This document shows, piece after piece, positions 39,368 through 51,304 of a stretch of 64,000 nt of DNA. Source of the stretch: Octopus vulgaris (Eukaryota); assembly GCA_951406725.2 (NCBI GenBank), contig OX597828.1, positions 2,790,001 through 2,854,000 on the forward strand. Reading direction: 5' to 3'. A program made the translations under genes and the position numbers. Under the pieces are notes generated by a model. The model was not told the origin of the DNA and did not search any database. It was given only the letters and a program-made list of their open reading frames with translations. Within the stretch, counting starts at the first letter, position 1; every line of letters starts with the position of its first letter.

Positions 39368-39888
39368 TACTCTTTTACTTGTTCAAGTCGTTCGACTACA
39401 ACCATGCTGGAGCACTGTCTTGAAGGGTTTCCGTTGAACAAATTGAGCCTAGTGCTTATTGTATCACTCTCTTTTGCCGAACCGCTAGGTTACAAAGGTT
39501 GTAAACAGACCAACACCAGTTGTCAAGCAGTGTTGGGGGGAGGGGGACAAACACAGACGCACATAGATATCATCATCATCATCATTTAATGTCCACTCTC
39601 CATGGGTGAAACTGTTTGACTTGGAGTTCATGAACCAGAGAGCTACACCAGATTCCAGTCTTATTTGACATGGTTTCTTCACCTGGATGCCTTTCTAATG
39701 CCAACCATATATATATATGTATGTGTGTGTGTGTCTGTGTGCCAACCATATATATGTGTGTGTGTGAGCTTTCACATGCCACCGGCATGGGTGCCATTTA
39801 CATGGCACCATCAGTGACTATAACTATAATTCAATGGTGCCATTTAAAAAGCACCAGCGATGGTCCAACTCTGATTTTCACAGGTGTC

Positions 39889-39940
<52 letters not shown>

Positions 39941-40252
39941 TGATAGAAATGGTAAGACAACAAAAGAATGGAAGAGACCTCGATATTATGTAAATAGAGG
40001 AATTTATCTGTAAATGTAATATGTGACAATTATTATCATGGCTACCAAATAATTGTCACATATTACATTTACAGATATATATATATATATACGACAGGCT
40101 TCTTTCAGTTTCCGTCTACCAAATCCACTCACAAGACTTTGGTCAGTCCAAGGCTATAGTAAAAGATACTCGCCCTAGGTGCTACTCTGTGGGACCAAAC
40201 CTGGAACCATGTGGTTGGGAAGTAAGCTTCTTGCCATACAGCCATACCTGCA
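39368..40252 (-). mobile_element. SINE family A with nested family C (39567-39890) and a fold-back insert (39940-40077)
   Basis: Tail at 39368-39560, head at 40090-40252, intervening elements inside the SINE microsatellite. Confidence 0.75.
40005..40077. repeat. Perfect 30-bp inverted repeat with a 13-nt spacer
   Basis: tatctgtaaatgtaatatgtgacaattatt / aataattgtcacatattacatttacagata. Confidence 0.95.
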
Positions 40253-40779
40253 GCAAATACAATAAATATATATAGGGATAAGTTATCCTGCCAGGTTCTG
40301 TAAGAGATTTCAAGTATGGTTCAGCTTCCAGCTAACTTCATTAAGTAGCAAGAAGCATCAAGGATTGCTTAGGGTGAGCAATCCCACTGTAATTCTTCTG
40401 TGGATAAATCCAGATTTACTTTACTGGATTATGAATGTTTTCAGGAATGTAAATCCAATTATAATGAATACAAAGACTGGTAATTCTTTAAATTTTGCTT
40501 TTAATTTAACAGTTAATTATACAACATAATTTGTTTGTTAAAATGACCAAAACTTGTTTCTGCTGCATGGAGTATGTGCAGTTGCATATGCAATTTCACT
40601 CAAAGTCTTTCCACAAGCATGGGCTGAAGTGATTCATACACACACACAGACACATGTGATGACTGTTAGTAATACCCATCCTGAAAGTTAAGTCTATAAT
40701 AGTTTTCATAACACCATTAAGACTCACCTACAAAGCCAAGTTGTCAAGAAACGAGCGAGCACAAGATCTCCTCCTTCAC

Positions 40780-41400
40780 ATTGAAGCAGATGGCTTCTAC
40801 CATACTGTGGGTTCTTATTTCTTGTGCTTGGGGTTATCCTTCCAATAGATTTCATTATAGAGTGTCTTAGCTTCATCATCTCTCATCAGTAGATAATACC
40901 ATGATGACATTTTTGGACAATTGCTTATGATGTGGGTGATATCTTCAGTGTGAACTGCATCAGTTGTCACATTTTATTGCTTTTCTTGTATCTTTATCCC
41001 TTTTGTGCATCAGGAGCTTGGTTGTTATTCCCTGTTCCTGGATTGCAAATGCATACCCTTCAAATTGGGAGGTAGTAATCCAGCTATTGGTCCATGATAG
41101 ATTGCTTTGATGATCAATGTTACTACCATCTTGGAGCTTTCTACTAACATATCCATGCAAAGTCTTCTGCTCATAAAGGCTCATCTGATGATATGTTGTG
41201 GTAGAATCATGTGACTTCTTTGGGCATGTATTCTAGGTTATCAGACAAGGAGTGTTGCTTTCAAGTCTTATAATGTTATCAGCCTAATGTATGTGAACTT
41301 GATCGAGGGATGCACATCAACACTTGGTGGTTAAAAGATGTTGCCAAAAGAATATGATATGACATTCAAAGGCACTTTGAATCTATGTTAAACTTCTGCT
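40780..41400 (-). pseudogene. R4/Dong non-LTR ORF remnant (pre-CCHC region)
   Basis: KTLHGYVSRK...FEGYAFAIQEQGITTK...; frameshifted EDITHIISNCPKMSSWYYL. Confidence 0.8.
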
Positions 41401-41411
41401 GCCTTGTTTAC

Positions 41412-41414
<3 letters not shown>

Positions 41415-41501
<87 letters not shown>
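41415..41501. repeat. (GT)n microsatellite
   Basis: Direct run. Confidence 0.95.
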
Positions 41502-41503
<2 letters not shown>

Positions 41504-41892
41504 TTACTGAATTTAGTCAGGACCCTCATCCTCTCTCTCCTAACTGGACTACCCCCACCCTTCTCTACTTTTATAATTGTGATTATAATCCTGTCTCCTC
41601 TAAGCTGAGAGGTCTATCACTTTGGCTAGTGTATCCATGGAGATTGAGTCAGTCTCCTTGATTGGGCTTGTTGGGATGAAAATAGGGGAGTGGAAAAATT
41701 GCCATGTTTAATAAAATTAAAATAGTTCCAGTTTTTCTTTTCACTTGTCAAACACCTTTGTGAAGAAAAAGGAATTACGTAGATGCAAACTCTATTTTGT
41801 CATCTAATTATGGAGGAGAGGAGTGCCATAAATTTTATTTACCAATGTGAGGCAAGGCCAGTATTTGTCAAACTGGGAACTACTGTCCTAGG

Positions 41893-42258
41893 TTGTCTGC
41901 CACATGGCCTGGGGTTTTGAATGTCTTGTCAGAAACCAATACTACATAGTTACTGATTAGTCTTATTATTGTATGGGTAAGCTATTCCTGTTTCTTCCTT
42001 CTTATTATCTTGTGGAGTATTTCAACACCTGCCTGGTAATGATACCCAAAATATCAACCATAAACATTGCGTTTTGAAATGTCATGTTTATGGTTGATAT
42101 TTTGGGTATCATTACCAGGCAGGTGTTGAAATACTCCACAAGATAATAAGAAGGAAGAAACAGGAATAGCTTACCCATACAATAATAAGACTAATCAGTA
42201 ACTATGTAGTATTGGTTTCTGACAAGACATTCAAAACCCCAGGCCATGTGGCAGGCAA
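41893..42258. repeat. Long palindrome: 175-bp arms, 16-nt spacer
   Basis: 41897-42067 is the exact reverse complement of 42084-42254 (171 bp, checked block by block). Confidence 0.97.
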
Positions 42259-42960
42259 ATGGAGTACCTGACCAGTGGAATATGTCCTCTCCTCAGAAAG
42301 CTGAAGAATATGTGTTAGCACTCAGGCATTAATATATAACAGAAGTGATGTATGCATTTGCCACCTCTGTCTGACCTTTCAGAGTCAGCATTCTCTTGGC
42401 CCATTTCTAGGTGAGACTCGCCATCCTGCTTGTCACCTAATCCATGTTCTTCTCCATCTGGAGACTCTGAAAAATTTAACTGGTCCGTCCATCCAGCATC
42501 CCATGATGTTATTAAATAGCATGGATCTGCCTCTCCCAGTGCTGAGCTGTAGGCCCACTGACTTTTCTTGTTTAATTTTTGCTCCTGTCATCATCTCATA
42601 TTCTTTTAGAGCTTTTGCTGATCAGGTCTGTGTGCCTGGTGTTTGACACTATGATGCTGACATCATCCACATATGTCAACATAGTTCTCCCACGTTCATG
42701 CAGGATGCCTCTCAATGCCTCCAGTTTCCACAGTGGTACATTTGCAAGAGATGAGAAGGGACTCCTTTTACAGACTGAGTGCATGATGCTGAATGTTTCT
42801 GATGAGTAACCATCCACCCAAACTACCAACGAGATGCTGCTATACATTGCAGCAAACCAGCTGCAGAAAACAGGATCAAAACTGACGGCCAGGTATTGGT
42901 AGTTGATCCTATTATAATAGCAGTAGAATTGATTGAATTTCCACAAGGTTCTGCCATGAC
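42235..42960 (-). pseudogene. Tx1/L1-clade reverse transcriptase remnant
   Basis: FDPVFCSWFAAMYSSISLVVWVDGYSSETFSI..., MLTYVDDVSIIVS (YxDD), TGAKIKQEKSVGLQL, GHIPLVRYSIC. Confidence 0.85.
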
Positions 42961-43198
42961 TGTAAATACTTTGCAAACTGCAATATCTGACTGTTTCCAT
43001 TGTAGAAGTCAGTTGAACATTTAGCCTGCATGAGACCAACTGGTTTCTTAGGGTATTCTTACTTCAAGCTGTCTCTATTAGATAAGTTGAGTATTAGAAG
43101 TAATTAAAAGAGGAACATAAAAGCAAATATGATTGTGATGTGATATATATTTTACATCTTTACACATCTTATAAAAATAGCATAACAAGGTTCACCCT

Positions 43199-43997
43199 AG
43201 TAACAGACTTTCACATCTGGATCCCTTTGTAGCGAATCCTGCATGCATGAAGTGGATTCGATCCACCATAGCCAAATTTGAATTAACACTGCTACAGAAC
43301 TTTTCCCACAATGGAACAATGGTTTTTCTCTGACAAGTAGTTTTTACATTTTCCAGATGCCTTTTAGCTAGGCCGAAACAATGTCTTCACCACTTGACCC
43401 TTTCTAACATCTTCTGCTTCACCAAAAGCTAGAATAGATAACAAGACCACCAACTAAATCTATTGTTCTCAATGATATATCTATCCTTCTGGATCTTTAT
43501 ATAAGCAAGCACACCCCAAGCAAAAATCAGTCAGTAACTTGTCGGCAACTGAACAAGACATTTCGTGACGACTCAATTAGTAAGGAAAGGACTGCTAGAA
43601 TTTAATGGTCAGAGAGAGAAAGAAGAATTCCTACCAGCAACTTCAGATACCGTTCCACACTCTCTCCCTCTCACTAGCTCGAACTCTGTTCTCTTAGAAC
43701 ATCATTCTATCTCTCTCAGCAATTACTACTAACAACAAAGAGAACCCAAACTCAAACATTCTACCGCATCTATCCATCACATGCTTTTGGATTTATCAAC
43801 CTGCCTGTCAAGGCAAGGTATTGTAACATAACGGTAAATAAATATTTCCTTAAAACTTCATGCACTTTGTTCCTCCACATCTTACAGTACTGCAAACATA
43901 AAAATTATTGTCGTCACACCAGCTGACCACGACATATTTTAATATTGTTTACCAACCAATGTCTCCCATTACAACTAAAAAATTCAATACCGTTACA
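43199..43997. mobile_element. Probable solo LTR (~800 bp)
   Basis: Ends (a)gtaac...gttaca (TG..CA with one mutation); flanks ccct/cctt as a possible 4-bp TSD; internal tatataag and aataaa. Confidence 0.5.
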
Positions 43998-44164
43998 CCT
44001 TCAAAAAGAGGCATTAGCAAAGGGTCTTCTATGTTGATGCCATGAAGGATCTTATGTTGTTACTCTACCTGTTTATAACATCAAACTACGACCATTCTTA
44101 AAATAGGGACTTCAAATAAAATGTATATTTTAAGAGAGTTGACTCTTTTCTCTTTCCTGTTTCC

Positions 44165-44372
44165 TTTTTGTCTTGCAATTTACTTGGTGACTCACTGGTG
44201 CTGGTGCCACATAAAAAGCACCTAGTGCACTCTGTAAAGTGGTTGGCATTAGGAAGGGAATTCAGCCATAGAAAATATGCCAAAGCCGACACTAGAGCTT
44301 GACACAGTTGTGCGGATTGCTGAATCCTATCAAACTGTTTCAATCCATGCCAACAGACATTTGATGATGATG
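44165..44372 (+). mobile_element. SINE-like family C
   Basis: gtgctggtgccacataaaaagcacc...ggttggcattaggaaggg...(TGA)n. Confidence 0.8.
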
Positions 44373-45354
44373 CTGAATAGCAAGCCAATACGTAGTGTTT
44401 TAAGAATGGTTTTGCCTTCAAGCATCTCTTAGCCCTTTATGATATGGTAGTGTCCAGTTGTCATGAAAGGTCAGCAGAAATTTGTTAGCAAGGAAAGTTT
44501 TAGTTTCCTCTTTTTCTCTATAAGTTCGTGTTGTGGATAGAGTTTTGGGATATTTATAGTATTTTTCAAATGTAACAAGGTTCTCACTATTTTCCTTTGA
44601 TCATGGAGCTTATACCTGACTAATGGACGAGTAAGGTCGTAAATAAAGAACATTCATGGAAAACTGTTGTTGTTTTTGTTCAGTCCAGGTTGGCTCTAAT
44701 CGAGTAAACTTATCATCAAAACATTCAAACCGTATTTATTCTGTTATTCTGCCTATCTAGTGCTACCTTCTGTCGTAGGTTCTTCCTTTGCAAAGATGGC
44801 AGAGGGTAATTTTAAGGAAATTTTGGTTGCTATTTCTAGCATGCAAAATACCTTGCGTAGAATAACAGTTGACTTAAGTTAGCTCAGAGACGAGCAACGT
44901 AACCTACATCGAATTGTATGTGCCACTCATCATACACTGAAGTGAGTTGCAAAGAATTTATTCGCTCCAGGGGAAGTAACTCTTCCAATCTCGAGGGTCG
45001 TAATCAATTGTAGTAATTAATTACGCTCAGCTCTGCATGCAATACTTCTTATGACAAAAACAGTTGCAAGTTGCAAGAGAAAGCGGGTGCATTGTTATTT
45101 ATTAATTTCTTTTTAAGCCTTCATAATCACTGTTCACTTCCTTTGTATATTCTATGTACCGTTCATGCAGTTTTCGTTAATTATTCTCATCAGTTGTGCA
45201 AATGAGCAATAATTTTGTCAACTGGTTATTATTTTAGATGTTCAATTTGTATTTCACTGATATTGGATAGCCATGATAACGCTGTGTTAACGTATAATTT
45301 CCAGGATAATGATGTTAATTTCAATAACATTATGTGTGTCTGTGTGTATACAAA

Positions 45355-45610
45355 CACGTAGGAGTGGCTGTGTGGTAAGTGTCTTCTACTATAGCTTTGG
45401 GCCGTCCATAGCCTTGTGAGTAGACGGAAACTGAAAGAAGCCCGTCTTATATATGTATATATATATATATGCATGTGCGTGTTTGTGTGTCTGTGTTTGT
45501 CCCCCCCAACATCGATTTACAACCGATACTGGTGTGTTTACGTCCCCGTAACTTAGCAGTTCGGCAAAAGACACCGATAGAATAAGTACTAGGCTTACAA
45601 AGAATAAGTA
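45355..45610 (+). mobile_element. SINE family A (deleted)
   Basis: Colinear with family A. Confidence 0.85.
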
Positions 45611-45674
45611 TATATTAGTGCAATAGAATATATAATAAATAGAATAAATATATAATTTTTTCAATACGTATTTT

Positions 45675-45758
<84 letters not shown>

Positions 45759-45777
45759 TATGTGCCTCTGGCCAACA

Positions 45778-45835
45778 AGTCTGACGAGTTGCCTATACCA
45801 CTAAGATATTTATAGTTGCGAAATCATCGGTCACT
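45778..45835 (+). ncRNA. Minimal type-I hammerhead ribozyme, core intact with weak stems
   Basis: agt-CTGACGA-g..ctata/tatag..c-GAAA-tcatcgg-TC-act (GUC site); adjoins (TA)n(GA)n. Confidence 0.6.
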
Positions 45836-46014
45836 CTCTGACTAGCCATAACAACCTTCTAAGTATGTGTGTATATATCATTATCATCATCATTTCAACA
45901 TTTATTTTTTCCATGTTTGCATGGGTTGGACAAAATTGAATTACTTTATTGTGACAGTGTCTATATTCAGATGCCCTTCCTGTCCCCAGTTCTCACCTAT
46001 TTCCAAGCAAGGTA

Positions 46015-46205
46015 ATATTGGTTTCAAATTTTGGCACAAGGCCAGCAAGTACAGGGGAGTGGGTAAGTCAATTATTTCATTAACCCTGAAAGGATGAAAT
46101 ATAAGGTTGGCCTCAGTGGAATTTGAACTCTGAACTTCAAGATGGGCACAATGTCACTAAACATTCTGCCCAGCATGCCAACGATTCTACCAGCTACTGC
46201 CTTCA
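46015..46205 (-). mobile_element. SINE family B
   Basis: aaattttggcacaaggccagc...aaaggatgaaa...atttgaactc. Confidence 0.75.
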
Positions 46206-46319
46206 AGTCAGGTAATAGTTCTCCATGCCTAGACATATTGAAGGTGAATAACAACACCGCTTGTATGACAGTGATAATCATTTACAACTATCACATGATG
46301 TCAAGACAAGAAGACACAA

Positions 46320-46353
<34 letters not shown>

Positions 46354-47259
46354 GTAATCTCTCTCTCTCTCCCTATATATATATATCTGTGTGTGTGTAT
46401 ACATATGTATATATATATACATATCCAGCAGAGTAGCTAGTTCTAAAATCTCTATACGAGATGCAAGTAGTAACTCTACTGAAAAGTAACAGTTGTTACT
46501 GCCTCAATAAGGTTGTTCCACACAGAACACTTACTACTTTTTATACACACACACACACACACACACCACACACACATCTTTCAGTTTCCACCTACCAAAT
46601 CCACTCGCAAGACTTTGGTCAGCCTTGGGATGTAGCAGAAGGTACTTAAACAAGGTGCCACACAGTGGGAATGAACCCAGCACCATGTGGGTGGGATGCA
46701 AATTACTTACCACACAGCGATGCCTGCACCACTATATGCACGTGTGTATAAGCGTTCACCAACACAGCCACCATCAAAACTAATACAACTGCTTCCATTA
46801 CCAATATATCAATACCTTAATACCATTTACTCTTTGTTTTAATACCTTAACAGCTAACAAAATCAGCAGCAATAATATGACAAAGGTAAGCAACCCCATT
46901 GAAAATAAAAGGCAATCACATAAGACGATGCAGTGTCCAAGTGTATTTGAAAACTTGAAAACGATGTTTCAATCTTCAGTCAATGAGGACTCATTTGAGA
47001 CTAAACAACAACAACAATAAAATAGATAAGAACCATATAACTACCACCATTACAAACAATATCCCCACTATCACTAACTATAATCATGCTGTACTTCCTC
47101 CCATTTCATCCCTTCATTTTCTCATTGTCAGTCTTACATCCATAGGAATAAGACAATAACTTTTACTCTCACTAAATGGTATTTTCCTTGTGCAAAAGTT
47201 TTACTACATATTTGTTGTGGATAATTATGGATTGCTGCTACTGTTGGGTTTACCTAAAG

Positions 47260-48200
47260 TTCAAGGTGTCTGCAAAGAAGCCATTTAGTGAAACTGAAGG
47301 TAGTAGTGTGAATGTGGACTGTTAAATGGATTACACTAGATGTTAAATTTGATGTTTTAGGAAGGCTTCATGCAGGAGAAAAAAAATCAGTCACAATGCT
47401 GGTTTAAAAGGTTTAAACCTTTAGCATTCTGTCAATTGTAATTCTTATTTATTCACATTATTTTGAATTAATCATGCTTTATCATTTGAATTAATCATGC
47501 TTTATGGTAGCTTTATGATTTCGGTGACATTACTGTTTATGTTTAGAATGACATTGAAGGGTAGGTGTAAGAGGCTGGATCTGGCCAGTTAGAACATAAA
47601 GCAGGAAGAATATTTGGCCAGATTATAATGCTAAAGGATTAAGAAGTGTTTGGATTTGCACAACATAAAAATGACTGGTGAGGATACAAAGGTTACTGTT
47701 AATTATCCTGAGCAGCTGAAAGAAGTGGTTGAGAAAGGGGTCGCACACCAGAACCAGTATAAAATATTGCTGACATTGCACTTTACTAGATTTCTGAGAG
47801 GGAATGCCACTGGTGATCTGAAATTATTCAATGTATCAGTCTGAAAATCTAGAGTTGATACTTTAAGATATATTGTCTTTCAAACAACTTACAAAAGCAA
47901 TTGACATGAAGGATAAACCAGTCATGAGAAGAAGTGAATGGTACATAGAAAAATATATGGTCAGATTGTATCAGTGGCTTTACAAGATTTCTGCAGGCAG
48001 GAAGTTTACATAAAACTTGGAAAGATAATATGACACTTGCAAGTGATTTAAGGTTTAAAGAAGTCATAGCAAATAATGTTGTTGTGCTGCTAATATCCCA
48101 TAGAGAAAGTTTATCTAACAAGGAACTGCTGCTATGAGAATAAGAACAAACTTGAGAATACAGAAATTCTTCCAGCTTCACCTAAATTGATTGTAAAGGA
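47260..48200 (+). pseudogene. Tigger/pogo transposase remnant
   Basis: ITLDVKFDVLGRLHAGEK; WFKRFK|KCLDLHNIKMTGE...YPEQLKEVVEKG; NIWSDC...LASDLRFKEV...SHRESLSNKELL. Confidence 0.8.
47417..47638. mobile_element. piggyBac-like TTAA MITE inserted in the Tigger remnant
   Basis: TTAA|acctttagcatt ... aatgctaaagga|TTAA; removal restores WFKRFKKCLDLHN. Confidence 0.85.
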
Positions 48201-48613
48201 TATTGCTAAAGAGTTGGGTATTCACAGATGAAACTTTACAAGCTTTTGCTGATAACAATCTTAATTGTGAATGTAACAAAAATTATAAGAGAAGTTCATG
48301 TGCTGTATGTATATGTATATATGACATATGCATATAAATATTCATAGATATCTAGATATAATTCAATCAAATTTTACTTGAAAACTTTTCATATTTGAGT
48401 GAAGTTTATATTGGTGGTCTTTCAGGTGATACCTTATTTAAAACTGTTTCTTTAAAAGAAATCTAGTCTTCACAATTGATGTAATTACCACTGAGTTTTT
48501 GTATAAGCTTTGTATAATTATAAACATGTAAATATCTGTGGATGTCTTGAGGCTGCATATATTTACAACTTTATTGTATTTATTAATATGCATACATGAA
48601 AGAATATGTTTAA

Positions 48614-48932
48614 CACGTGAAGCTTGACGGGCCACAATCGTGGCCATCAGGTACAGGTCAATAGGCCACGATTGTAGCCCAGCTAGATGAATTTATGGGC
48701 ATTTGTTGGGGGTCAACTGTCATTCAAAAGCTCCAATACCCACCAGAATGCAAGAGGACTAATAGTTCAACTAGTGACTATCCAGATGATGTCAAACTTG
48801 CCACCATTATATACTAAGAAGATATTTTGACTATTTTTTTTTGTTTTTTTTATGTGTGCATGGTTGTTTCATTTTCATAAGATGTGCTCAGCAGTCCATG
48901 CTATGTAAGTGCAAATCCCGGCGCTTCATAGG
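48614..48932. mobile_element. Second TTAA-flanked MITE (piggyBac-like)
   Basis: TTAA|cacgtgaagc ... gcttcatagg|TTAA; internal 17-bp hairpin at 48629-48680. Confidence 0.6.
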
Positions 48933-49267
48933 TTAAGCAAATTCATATATTGCTCCGCTACTTATGTTAGGACAGCTATCTAATACACGTGATTCCTGCC
49001 ATCCCTGAAAAGCAAATGTATTAGATCTTTTTTACCTATGGACCCTTTTCATTCCTATTTTACTTTGGTGGACCTTCATAGCCATTTGATGTTCTAGAAT
49101 AGAACATTTTTGTAATTAAATATGGTTAGAAATTTTATTTCAAAATTGTTAAAATATTTTGTGTACTGTAAAAGTATAAGCAATTTATTGCACAGAAATT
49201 TTAACAGCAAATTCTAATATGGACGTCCAAGGGCCATAGGGAACTACTGTAATTAGAAACCCTGTTG

Positions 49268-49320
<53 letters not shown>

Positions 49321-50126
49321 TATGTATATGAAACACATATGTACATAATGTTGTGTGCGTGTGCGTGTGTGCATATGTATGTATGTATACACTCATTGAA
49401 TAAAGTTCGAGTGCGAAAATAGCCAAAAATGTTTCCGCAGTTATGTCCCTTCACTAATTCGTATGTTTCCGTAATGTTTCGGTGCGTTAAGGTTATTTCC
49501 CGGTTTTGGATATTTGCATAGATAAAGGGTGGGGAATTGGCGAAATCAGTTGTGGTTCGGACAGGCGCCCTGAGATATTTGTTTTGGTTCGTTACATTCT
49601 GGGTTTAAATCCATCTGAAGCCAATTCTGCTTTTCATAATTTAGTGCACTTAATCTGTACCAGTGTGCAGTAATCTAGAATGGTGAAGTACAACCCACCC
49701 CCCAAAACCGCGCCTAATAAAAGGGGAAGGGATACACAAGGTGGGGCTGACTGTTATTAGTTAAAACATTATTATTTGTAACACAGTCCAACTTATAAAC
49801 AATCACTCATGCTGTCTCGCTTTCTCTCTCGCTCTGTTTCCGTTTCACTTCCTCTCGGTCAAATGGACCTCGTTAAAAAATAAGTGTAAGGCAAAATTAA
49901 AAGAATGACCGATGTTGGAACAAATATTTTGTACAATTAATGATCTTTCTAATGGTCACTCAACCATGAATTTGAAGTAAACCAATTATTTAGCTGTCCT
50001 CAAGTTTGGCATGATGCCAAGTGACCTTAATTTCTCTACTATTTGTAACTCTGCCATGCATACATACATCTGTCTCCATATTTTTCTCCCTCTCCCGTTT
50101 TTCATATCTATCCATCTATCTATCTA

Positions 50127-50352
50127 TGGCGAGCTGGCAGAACCGTTAGCACGCCGGCCGAAATGCGTTGCCGTATTTCGTCTGCCGTTACGTTCTGAGT
50201 TCAAATTCCGCCGAGGTCGACTTTGCCTTTCATCGTTTCGGGGTCGATAAATTAAGGACCAGTTACGCACTGGGGTCGATGTAATCGACTTAATTCGTTT
50301 GTCTGTCCTTGTTTGTCCCTTCTATGTTTAGTCCCTTGTGGGTAATAAAGAA
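50127..50352 (+). mobile_element. SINE family B, young full-length copy
   Basis: ggcgagctggcagaaccgttagcacgccgg...gagttcaaattccgccgaggtcgactttgcctttcatc...; CpGs intact; in a (TATC)n context. Confidence 0.9.
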
Positions 50353-50399
50353 ACATATCTATCTATCCTAGATGATTACTGAAAGAAGCCAGTTGGAAG

Positions 50400-50955
50400 G
50401 TTTTTCAGTTTCTGCCTTCCAGATCCACTTGCAAGGTTTTGGTCGGCCCAAGGCAATAGTAGAAGACATTCTCCCAAGGTGCCATGCATTGGGACTGAAC
50501 CAGAGCCATGTGGTTGGGAAGCAAGCTTCTTACCACACACACAGATCCGTCCATCTTTCTTTCTTTTACTTGTTTCAGTCATTTGACAACAGACATGCTG
50601 GGACGCCACCTTGAGGAATTACAGTCAAGCAAATTGATCCCAGTACTTTTTTTTTCTCAAAGTCTGGTACTTATTCTATCAGTCTTTTTATTTTTTTTGC
50701 CGTAATGCCAAGTTACAGGGACGTTAACACATCAACACTGGTTGTCTGGACAGTGCTGCCACAGACACTATTACACACATAAATATATACATATATATAA
50801 TGGGCTTCTTTCAGTTTCTGTCTACCAAATCCACTCACAAGGTTTTGGTTGGCCCAAGGCTATAGTAGAAGACACTTGCCCAAAGTGCTACACAGTAGGA
50901 CTGAACCCAGAACTATGTAGTTGGGAAGCAAATTTCTTACCACACAGCCGTACCT
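50400..50955 (-). mobile_element. Tandem SINE family A copies (head 50400-50540; full 50560-50955)
   Basis: Colinear with family A. Confidence 0.85.
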
Positions 50956-51304
50956 ACACAGACACACACACACACACACATGCAAACAAACACTTAACCC
51001 AGCTATGTTCCATCCCATCATTCTGTTGATGCCGAAGTTAGTAAATTCTCCACTTTTCTCCTTATGACAATAACTTGCAACCTGAAGAAAAGCTAAGCTA
51101 AATACATATATATGTTAAACCTTTGAGTTACATAACACATATTACAATTGACTTGGAAACTTGTAGTATGGATTTACCTTCTCCATTCCTTGTACCTATC
51201 AAAATATATATATATACATATACAACCATTCCACCCATGCTAGCATGGAACATGGACATTAAATGATGATGATGATGATATATATATATATACAGTACAT
51301 ACAT

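Noticed and set aside
43350-43390. gcct/aggc-cGAAA-caatg-tc hammerhead-like 3' half
   Set aside because: No CUGANGA box or stem I upstream
45160-45200. Minus-strand CTGATGA...GAAA motif
   Set aside because: Stems I, II and III do not pair, so this is a chance match
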